Shown piece after piece: positions 25,572-35,200 of a stretch of 64,000 nt of DNA. The translations under genes and the position numbers were made by a program. How positions within the stretch are numbered: the first letter of the stretch is position 1; each line of letters opens with the position of its first letter. The DNA comes from Mobula hypostoma (taxonomy: Eukaryota). The stretch is from the NCBI RefSeq assembly GCF_963921235.1, contig NW_026948250.1, positions 62,001 through 126,000 on the forward strand, in the 5' to 3' direction. The notes under the pieces are model-generated. The model searched no databases. It worked only from the letters and a program-made list of their open reading frames with translations, and had not been told where the DNA came from.

Positions 25572-28021
25572 ATGTTGGACAGAACTGGTCACACTGTCCA
25601 GCAGACAGGTGGGGACCCTCTCACCCCCACCACACCCTTGTGAACACCCTCCCCCTTTCTCTACAACCGTCCCCCACCCCACCCCTCTCGGTCTCTCCGC
25701 AGGACCCCTAGATCCAAGCCACGTCGCCCTCCTGGCCCTCGCTCTCTGTGTCCTCGGCTCTGCCAGCACCCTCCCGCGGAGGGAGATCAGCCGGGAGCAG
25801 ACGGTCACCTCGGCCCGACTCCTCCGCAAGGCCCTGACGCAGGTCAACGCCAAACTCCTGGTACGTCACAGCGCGGGGCTCCCTCTACATCACCCCTACA
25901 GTGTGTCCCCCCCACTTTATCCCCAGTGTGGGCACCGAGCGCTCCCGGGACACGGGTCAGACACGGTGTGGAGCTCCCTCTACATCACCCCCACAGTGTC
26001 CCCCCCCCACTTTATCCCCAGTGTGGGCACCGAGCCCTCCCGGGACATGGGTCAGACACGGTGTGGAGTTCCCTCTACATCACCCCCACGGTGTGTCCCC
26101 CCACCCCCACTTTAACCCCAGTGTGGGCACCGAGCGCTCCCGGGACACGGGTCAGACACGGTGTGGAGCTCCCTCTACATCACCCCCACAGTGTGTCTCT
26201 ACCCCCCACTTTATCCCCAGTGTCGGCACCGAGCGCTCCCGGGACACGGGTCAGACACGGTGTGGAGCTCCCTCTACATCACCCCCACAGTGTGTCCCTC
26301 CCCCACTTTATCCCCAGTGTGGGCACCGAGCGCTCCCGGGACACGGGTCAGACACGGTGTGGAGCTCCCTCTACATCACCCCCACAGTGTGTCCCTCCCC
26401 CACTTTATCCCCAGTGTGGGCACCGAGCGCTCCCGGGACACGGGTCAGACACGGTGTAGAGCTCCCTCTACATCACCCCCACAGTGTCCCCCCCTCCCAC
26501 CACTTTATCCCCAGTGTGAGCACTGAGCGCTCCCGGGACACGGGTCAGACACGGTGTGGAGCTCCCTCTACATCACCCCCACAGTGTGTCCCCCGACTTT
26601 ATCCCCAGTGTGGGCACCGAGCGCTCCCGGGACACAGGTCAGACACGGTGTCGTGCTCCCTCTACATCACCCCCACAGTGTGTCCCCCCCCCCACTTTAT
26701 CCCCAGTGTGGGCACCGAGCGCTCCCGGGACACGGGTCAGACACGGTGTGGAGCTCCCTCTACATCACCCCCACAGTGTGTCCCCCGACTTTATCCCCAG
26801 TGTGGGCACCGAGCGCTCCCGGGACACGGGTCAGACACGGTGTCGTGCTCCCTCTACATCACCCCCACAGTGTGTCCCCCCACTTTATCCCCAGTGTGGG
26901 CACCGAGCGCTCCCGGGACACGGGTCAGACACGGTGTGGAGCTCCCTCTACATCACCCCCACTTTATCCCCAGTGTGGCCACTGAGAGCTCCCGGGACAC
27001 GGGTCAGACACGGTGTGGAGCTCCCTCTACATCACCCCCACAGTGTGTCCCCCCCACTTTATCCCCAGTGTGGACACCGAGCGCTCCCGGGACACGGGTC
27101 AGACACGGTGTGGAGCTCCCTCTGCATCACCCCCAGCAATCTTCTATCCCTAGAGTGCGTGAGGTGACCGACTATTTTTGAATGTCTCATTGCAGTCCCA
27201 CCTCGGTCTGGAGGGAAGTCACCAGCCCTCAATATGCCTCCCGCCCGTTGAGCGATCGTCCGCCGGCTGGTACCGTTACCCGGTGAGTCAGTTCTACCTC
27301 CCCGACACCCGCCCCCAGCCGTCTCGACCCGCCTGTCTGTCTCCTGCCCCCATCCCGCTCCGTGTGCCGGTCTCCGACTGACGGCCTCTCCCTCAGGGTC
27401 TCGCCGGGGCCAGGTTTTGCCTCTACCGAAAGTGCCTGCGGCGTTTGGAGGCGACCCTCCTGAGGAAGTACGGATTCGGCCTCGATAGCACCCCCCTCGG
27501 GCTCGGCCTGCTGATCGGGTGCCTCGGTAAGCTTTGCGTGAGTCACCGCCCCACCCCTGCACACCCCACCCTTCCCGGCGCGGACCGGCAATCGAGTTGA
27601 GTAGCTGGCGGGGAGGGCGGCGGCAGGCCGCCACTCTCGGGACCATCCTGACATGTCCCCAGCCCGGCCGAGCGAGGACAGAGCCGCGGGGCGAGATTGT
27701 GAGCGGAGGCATCCTGATTATGAGCGAGATGATATCGAGGGACGGTCGAGGTGGGAGGGGGGAGGGTAACCTCGGGGTAGGAGGGTAGGACACGCACCGT
27801 GAACGGTAGGGGGTGTCGAGGGTCCCTCGCCCCGTGTTTAACCGCGGCCTCCCCTTGTTCTGCAGGGCACCACCGTTTCCTGCCGGGAGCCTCTCGATCC
27901 CGGGCCTGCCTTCTGGACGAGCGAGGTGGAAGGAGGGGTGAACGTGATCCGTGACCTCTTCTCGGACCTGGAGCTCCTGGTTGGACAGTCCGACAGCCTT
28001 GTGTCTGACGACCCGGCCTAG
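25572..28021 (+). CDS. Putative secreted long-chain class-I helical cytokine (IL-6/G-CSF/IL-11/IL-27p28-like), 5 exons: join(25572..25608,25703..25860,27196..27282,27397..27537,27866..28021), 192 aa
   Basis: All introns are GT-AG with pyrimidine tracts; phases are 1,0,0,0 and the spliced frame is open to TAG at 28019-28021. Protein: MLDRTGHTVQQTG/PLDPSHVALLALALCVLGSASTLPRREISREQTVTSARLLRKALTQVNAKLL/SHLGLEGSHQPSICLPPVERSSAGWYRYP/GLAGARFCLYRKCLRRLEATLLRKYGFGLDSTPLGLGLLIGCLGKLC/GTTVSCREPLDPGPAFWTSEVEGGVNVIRDLFSDLELLVGQSDSLVSDDPA. Exon 1 is the least certain (alternative in-frame ATG at 25527). Confidence 0.72.
25870..27135. repeat. ~96-bp minisatellite (cytokine-like gene intron 2)
   Basis: Same unit as 22100-23120, with more copies. 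Confidence 0.95.
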
Positions 28022-28299
28022 GCCGGTCCTGGGTGGAGGGAGTTGGGGGTGCGGGTGTCGGGGGGGGGCGGTAGGGGGGTGGTTGGTGTCCGTCAGCGGT
28101 TGTATTATTCGCCCTGGGTACGGAGATGGTCGCCATTGTAATGTCAAATTCCCGTTAACAGAGGGGCGGACGGCCGGGGCGGTGGAATCTCTCAGCCACG
28201 CAACCCGTTCCTGAGGGGGTGGGGTAAACTCTCTTTCCATCGGTGAGCCCTGGTAACAGAGGGCAATTCCCTGCCCCGGGCCCCCGCTTATACAGCGAG

Positions 28300-28690
28300 T
28301 CTCTCCGTCGGTAGGTCAGTCCCGGAGGGACTGTCCCTCTGTCGAGGATCGCTGGCGGTCGAGGGAGCCTCTCCGACGGGGGCGCCACGGCTACAGGAGG
28401 GTCCTCTCCGCCACTTGTCCCCTATCGGAGGGACCCTCTCCAAATGGAGGCCCTGGCGACAGCGGCAGTTTCTCCGACGGGGGAGTCGCGGGTACAGGAG
28501 GCTCCTCTCCGCCACTTGTCCCCTATCGGAGGGACCCTCTCCAAATGGAGGCCCTGGCGACAGCGGCAGTTTCTCCGACGGGGGAGTCGCGGGTACAGGA
28601 GGCACCTCTCCATCGCACATCCCGTTCTCGGAGGGACCCTCAGTGGGGGAGCTTCGCTGACAGAGGCGGTCTCTCCGTCTCGCGGCCCCA
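28300..28690. repeat. 101-bp GC-rich tandem repeat in the predicted 3' UTR
   Basis: CCAAATGGAGGCCCTGGCGACAGCGG occurs at 28440 and 28541, with degenerate flanking copies. Confidence 0.85.
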
Positions 28691-28876
28691 CCCCGTCTTC
28701 AGGGAGAGGGTCCCCTCCGTCGACAGCCGGCCCTGGAAACAAAGGCGGTCTCTCTGTCCGTGCAGGGAAGGCTTTCCACCAGCGAGAGTGGCCCGGACGC
28801 TCCGGAATGAGACGGGCAACGATATCGACGAAGGATTCCCGCTGGTGTTACTTTATGAGCCCCAGCTGCAAAGTTC

Positions 28877-28882
28877 AATAAA
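28877..28882 (+). terminator. Polyadenylation signal of the cytokine-like gene
   Basis: AATAAA followed by a U/GU-rich element (TCTTCCGTGTGCGTTTT), about 860 nt after the stop. Confidence 0.65.
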
Positions 28883-28959
28883 TCTCAGGGATATTGTTTC
28901 ATCTTCCGTGTGCGTTTTCACTTATGTCCTGTCCCGACCAGTCACAACAGGACCCCGGT

Positions 28960-29825
28960 CCCGTCCCATTCACTCCACCGTCCGCACTCACAATAGACCC
29001 CATCCCTTCCCATTCACTTCCAATAGACCCCACCCCTTCCCATTCACTCCCACCGTCCGCACTACCAATAGACCCCACCCCTTCCCATTCACTCCCACCG
29101 TCCGCACTACCAATAGACACCACCCCTTCCCATTCCTCCCAATAGACCCCACCCTTCCCATTCACTCCCAATAGACCCACCCCTTCCCGTTCACTCCCAA
29201 TAGACCCACCCCTTCCCGTTCACTCCACCGTCCGCACTCACAATAGACACCTCCCCTTCACATTCACTCCCAATAGACCCCACCCTTCCCATTCACTCCC
29301 ACCGTCCGCACTCCCAATAGACGCCACGCCTTCCCATTCACTCCCAATAGACCCCACGCCTTCCCATTCACTCCCACTGTCCGCACTCCCAATAGACGCC
29401 ACGCCTTCCCATTCACTCCCACTGTCCGCACTCCCAATAGACGCCACGCCTTCCCATTCACTCCCACTGTCCGCACTCCCAATAGACGCCACGCCTTCCA
29501 ATTCACTCCCAATAGACCCCACACTTCCCATTCACTCCCACTGTCCGCACTCCGAATAGACCCCACCCCTTCCCATTCACTCCCAATAGACCCCACCCTT
29601 CCCATTCACTCCCACTGTCCGCACTCCCAATAGACGCCACGCCTTCCAATTCACTCCCAATAGACCACACCCTTCCCATTCACTCCCACTGTCCGCACTC
29701 CCAATAGACCCCACCCCTTCCCATTCACTCCCAATAGACCCCACCCTTCCCATTCACTCCCACTGTCCGCACTCCCAATAGACGCCACGCCTTCCCATTC
29801 ACTCCCACCGTCCGCATTCCCAAAT
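28960..29825. repeat. Minisatellite (CCCATTCACTCCCAATAGACCCCACCCTT / ..GTCCGCACTC) between the convergent 3' ends
   Basis: Tandem 30/48-bp units. Confidence 0.92.
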
Positions 29826-29892
29826 GGGACCCCTCCCGTTCCGATTCGCGCCCACCGGATTCCACAGTCCGAGGCGGACAGGAGATCTTCAA

Positions 29893-29898
29893 TTTATT
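29893..29898 (-). terminator. Polyadenylation signal of SERPING1
   Basis: TTTATT on plus = AATAAA on minus, about 500 nt after the SERPING1 stop. Confidence 0.65.
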
Positions 29899-30394
29899 TT
29901 TAATTCAGAGCAGCTGGTCAGTCTGCAGCAATGACGGTGCGATGGGGAAGGGGCGGACATCCCGGCCTGGGCCGATCCGCCCTCCTCTCCGGCAGCGAGG
30001 AGCCGCGATGCGGGATCCAGGGAGCACGTCAGGTCGGTCCTGACCACCTGCCCTCCCCGGAAGAGATCCGGACGGGTGGGGACGGGGATGTCGAGGTAAG
30101 GGAATGAGATGAGTGCGTGAGGCAGTGTCGAAAGAACCAGGAGGAGGGACTCCGATGGGTATTGATGGGGGGAGAGTGGGGAGGGGAGGGTGGATAGGAA
30201 TCCAAGCTACTGACGGGCCGAAGGGTCTGGCTCTCGTCGAGGCAGGCTAGGCAGCAAGGCTGGCGATACTCGTACCTACAGAGGGGGTAAATATGCGACA
30301 GGGAGTGGTGGTGAGGTTAAGAAAGGAGGGAGGGGACAGAGAAGTGAGTGAGGATAAGGGAACGGTGAGATAGAGGGAGAGAGCGGGGTGGGTG

Positions 30395-30648
30395 TTAAAC
30401 GAGGGGGTTCAGGACCCTCCCCATGAAAAATGGGTACCCCAGCACGTCGTCCCAGAGCATCCAAAGGAAGGGCCGAGCGGCGTCGAAGACTGTGATGGTC
30501 CGGCCAACGGACATGGAGGTGGCGGCGGCGGCCTCCACTCCGTCCTCGTCCAGCGAGACGAACGCGCGGTGGGTGACCGAGGTGATGGACATGCCCGCCC
30601 CGGGGGTCAGTCCGCACAGGTTGGGGTAGAAGAGGGCGTTGTTTAAAC
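30395..30648 (-). CDS. SERPING1: C1-inhibitor-like serpin, terminal exon with reactive centre loop
   Basis: (G)LNNALFYPNLCGLTPGAGMSITSVTHRAFVSLDEDGVEAAAATSMSVGR-TITVFDAARPFLWMLWDDVLGYPFFMGRVLNPLV*. The NLCGLT, GVEAAAA hinge, SVxR|T P1-P1' and PFL..LWD...P.FMGRV motifs match C1-inhibitor. Acceptor ctcccag|GT, phase 1, 254 nt coding. Confidence 0.9.
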
Positions 30649-30961
30649 CTGGGAGTGGAAGAAGAAGGGAGGGAGGGAGAGAGAGAGTGGGGGGGGGCAG
30701 GGGAGGAGAGAGGGGGAGAGAGACGAGAGGAGGTGGGAGATAAAGAGCCCCGAGAAGGGCAGAGAGAGAGAAGAGGGCGATGGTGGGATGGAGGGGCAGA
30801 AGGACGCAGACAGAGAGAGTGATGGGAAGGGAGAACGAGAGGGGACACAGGGATAGAGGGGGCCAGGAGAGAGATTCACACAAATATAGATCACATATTC
30901 TGGTTCAACTTTTCAGGAAAAAAAACCCCAAACTCTCGCTCCTATTCCAGATGTTCTCTAT

Positions 30962-32220
30962 CCCACTTTATCCCCAGCGTGGGCACCGAGCGCTCCCGAG
31001 ACACGGTGTGGAGCTCCCTCTACATCACCCCCACTGTGTGTCTCCCCCCCCCCCCCCACTTTATCCCCAGTGTGGGCACCGAGCGTTCCCAGGACTCGGG
31101 TCAGACACGGTGTGGAGCTCCCTCTACATCACCCCCACAGTGTGTCCCCCCATTTTATCCCCAGTGTGGGCACCGAGCGCTCCCGGGACACGGGTCAGAC
31201 ACGGTGTGGAGCTCCCTCTACATCACCCCCACAGTGTGTTCCCCCCCCCACTTTATCCCCAGTGTGGGCACCGAGCGCTCCCGGGACACGGGTCAGACAC
31301 GGTGTGGAGCTCCCTCTACATGACCCCCACAGTGTGTCCCCCCACCCCAATTATCCCCAGTGTGGGCACCGAGAGCTCCTGGGACATGGGTCAGACACGG
31401 TGTGGAGCTCCCTCTACATCACCCCCACAGTGTGTCCCCCCCCACTTTATCCCAAGTGTGGGCACCGAGCGTTCCCGGGACACGGGTCAGACACGGTGTG
31501 GAGCTCCCTCTACATCACCCCCACAGTGTGTCCCCCCCCCACTTTATCCCCAGTGTGGGCACCGAGCGCTCCCGGGACACGGGTCAGACACGGTGTGGAG
31601 CTCCCTCTACACCACCCCCACAGTGTGTCCCCCCACTTTATCCCCAGTGTGGGCACCGAGAGCTCCCGGGAGACGGGTCAGACACGGTGTGGAGCTCCCT
31701 CTACATCACCCCCACAGTGTGTCACCCCCCCCACTTTATCCCCAGTGTGGGCACCGAGCGTTCCCGGGATACGGGTCAGACACGGTGTGGAGCTCCCTCT
31801 ACGTCACCCCCACAGTGTGTCCCCCCACTTTATCCCCAGTGTGGGCACCGAGAGCTCCCGGGACACGGGTCAGACACGGTGTGGAGCTCCCTCTACATCA
31901 CCTCCACAGTGTGTCACCCCCCCCCCAACTTTATCCCCAGTGTGGGCACCGAGCGCTCCCGGGACACGGGTCAGACACGGTGTAGGGCTCCCTCTACGTC
32001 ACCTCCACAGTGTGTCCCTACCCCCCCACTTTATCCCCAATGTGGACACCGAGCGCTCCCGGGACACGGGTCAGACACGGTGTGGAGCTCCCTCTACGTC
32101 ACCCCCACAGTGTGTCCCCCCCACGTTATCCCCAGTGTGGGCACCGTGCGCTCCCAGGACACGGGTCAGACACGGTGTGGAGCTCCCTCTACATCACCCC
32201 CACAGTGTGTCCCCCCCCCC
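30962..32220. repeat. ~96-bp minisatellite (third array, in the SERPING1 last intron)
   Basis: Same unit and orientation as 22100 and 25870. Confidence 0.95.
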
Positions 32221-35200
32221 TACACACCTCCCCGTCACCGTCACACCTCCCTCCCCTACAACCCTCCCCGTCACCGTCATCCCCTCCCTCCCCCACACAT
32301 CTCCCCGTCACCCTCACCCCTCCCTCCCCTACACACCTCCCCGTCACCGTCATCCCCTCCCTCCCCTACACAACTCCCCGTCACCGTCATCCACTCCCTC
32401 CCCCACACACCTCCCCGTCTACGTCACCCCCTCCCTCCCCTACACACCTCCCCGTCACCCTCACCCCTCCCTCCCCCACACACCTCCCCGTCACCGTCAT
32501 CCACTCCCTCCCCCACACACCTCCCCGTCACCGTCATCCCCTCCCTCCCCTACACACCTCCCCGTCACCCTCAGCCCTCCCTCCCCTACACACCTCCCCG
32601 TCACCGTCATCCCCTCCCTCCCCCACACCCCTCCCCGTCTCCGTCACCCCTCCCTCCCCTACATCCCTCCCCGTCACCCTCACCCCTCCCTCACCTACAC
32701 ACCTCCCCGTCACCTTCATCCACTCCCTCACCTACACACCTCCTCGTCACCGTCATCCCCTCCCTCCCCCACACCCCTCCCCGTCTCCGTCACCCCTCCC
32801 TCCCCTACACCCCTCCCTGTCACCCTCAACCCTCCCTCCCTTACACCCCTCCCCGTCACCATCACCCCCTCCCTCCTCTACACACCTCCCTGTCACCCTC
32901 AACCCTCCCTCCCCCACACACCTCCCCGTCACCCTCACCCCTCCCTCCCCTACACACCTCCCCGTCTCCATCACCCCCTCCCTCCCCTACACCCTCCCCG
33001 TCTCCATCACCCCCTCCCTCCCCTACACCCTCCCCGTCTACATCACCCCCTCCCTCCCCTACACCCTCCCCGTCTCCATCACCCCCTCCCTCCCCTACAC
33101 CCCTCCCCGTCACCGTCATCCACTCCCTCCCCCACACACCTCCCCGTCACCGTCATCCACTCCCTCCCCCACACACCTCCCCGTCACCGTCATCCCCTCC
33201 CTCCCCCACACACCTCCCCGTCACCCTCACCCCTCCCTCCCCCACACCCCTCCACGTCTCCGTCACCCCCTCCCTCCCCTACACACCTCCCCGTCACCAT
33301 CACCCCTCCCTCCCCTACATCCCTCCCCGTCACCGTCATCCAATCTCTCACCTACACACCTCCCCGTCACCGTCATCCACTCCCTCCCCCACACACCTCC
33401 CCGTCACCGTCATCCACTCTCTCACCTACACACCTCCCCGTCACTGTCATCCCCTCCCTCCCCTACACACCTCCCCGTCACCCTAACCCCTCCCTCCCCC
33501 ACACATCTCCCCGTCACCCTCACCCCTCCCACCCCTACACACCTCCCCGTCACCGTCATCCACTCTCTCCCCCACACCCCTCCCCATCTCCATCACCCCC
33601 TCCCCTACATCCCTCCCCGTCTCCATCACCCCCTCCCTCCCCTACACACCTCCCCGTCACCGTCATCCCTCCCTCCCCCACACACCTCCCCGTCACCGTC
33701 ATCCACTCCCTCCCCCACACCACTCCCCGTCACCGTCACCCCTCCCTCCCCTACACAACTCCCCGTCACCCTCACCCCTCCCTCCCCCACACACCTCCCC
33801 GTCACCATCATCCCCTCCCTCCCCCACACACCGCCCCGTCACCATCATCCCCTCCCTCCCCCACACACCTCCCCGTCACCATCATCCCCTCCCTCCCCCA
33901 CACAACTCCCCGTCACCGTCATCCCCTCCCTCCCCTACACACCTCCCTGTCACCGTCATCCCCTCCCTCCCCCACACCCCTCCCCGTCACCGTCATCCAC
34001 TCCCTCCCCCACACACCTCCCCGTCACCGTCATCCCCTCCCTCCCCTACACCCCTCCCCGTCTCCATCACCCCCTCCCTCCCCCACACACCTCCCCGTCA
34101 CCCTCACCCCTCCCTCCCCTACACCCTCCCCGTCACCGTCATCCACTCTCTCACCTACACACCTCCCCCGTCACCATCATCCACTCCCTCCCCTACACCC
34201 CTCCCCGTCACCGTCATCCCCTCCCTCCCCTACACACCTCCCCGTCACCCTCACCCCTCCCTCCCCCACACACCTCCCCGTCACCCTCACCCCTCCCTCC
34301 CCCACACACCTCCCCGTCACCGTCATCCCCTCCCTCCCCCACACACCTCCCCGTCACCGTCACCCCTCCCTCCCCCCCCTACACCCCTCCCCGTCACCGT
34401 CATCCACTCCCTCCCCCACACACCTCCCCGTCACCGTCATCCCCTCCCTCCCCCACACACCTCCCCGTCACCCTCACCCCTCCCTCCCCCACACACCTCC
34501 CCGTCACCCTCACCCCTCCCTCCGCCACACACCTCCCCGTCACCGTCACCCCTCCCTCCCCTACACACCTCCCCGTCACCGTCACCCCTCCCTCCCCTAC
34601 ACCCCTCCCCGTCACCGTCATCCCCTCCCTCCCCCACACATCTCCCCGTCACCCTCACCCCTCCCTCCCCTACACACCTCCCAGTCACCGTCATCCACTA
34701 CCTCCCCCACACACCTCCCCGTCTACGTCACCCCCTCCCTCCCCTACACACCTCCCCGTCACCCTCACCCCTCCCTCCCCCACACACCTCCCCGTCACCG
34801 TCATCCACTCCCTCACCTACACACCTCCCCGTCACCGTCATCCACTCCCTCCCCTACACACCTCCAGGTCACCGTCATCTACTCCCTCCCCTACACACCT
34901 CCCCGTCACCCTCACCCCTCCCTCCCCCACACACCTCCCCGTCACCGTCATCCCCTCCCTCCCCCACACACCTACCCGTCAGCGTCACCCCTCCCTCCCC
35001 TACACCCCTCCCCGTCACCGACTCCCTCCCCCACACACCTCCCCGTCACCGTCATCCCCTCCCTCCCCCACACACCTCCCCGTCACAGTCAACCCTCCCT
35101 CCCCTACACACCTCCCCGTCACCGTCACACCTCCCTCCCCTACAACCCTCCCCGTCACCGTCATCCCCTCCCTCCCCCACACATCTCCCCGTCACCCTCA

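Noticed and set aside
27527-27532. Alternative exon-4 donor G|GTAAGC (phase 1)
   Set aside because: It is a good-looking donor, but it shifts exon 5 into a short non-helical frame (GHHRFLPG..DP*). The phase-0 donor at 27538 fits the family pattern. It is not excluded as an isoform without RNA data.
27059-28240. 393-aa minus-strand ORF
   Set aside because: A GC-rich antisense shadow over the cytokine-like exons, with no recognisable domain.
30395-30648. Assignment as SERPINF2/SERPINF1 with SLC43A2 (the paralogous neighbourhood)
   Set aside because: NLCGLT, SVxR|T and LWD..P.FMGRV fit C1-inhibitor better, and there is no antiplasmin-type C-terminal extension.
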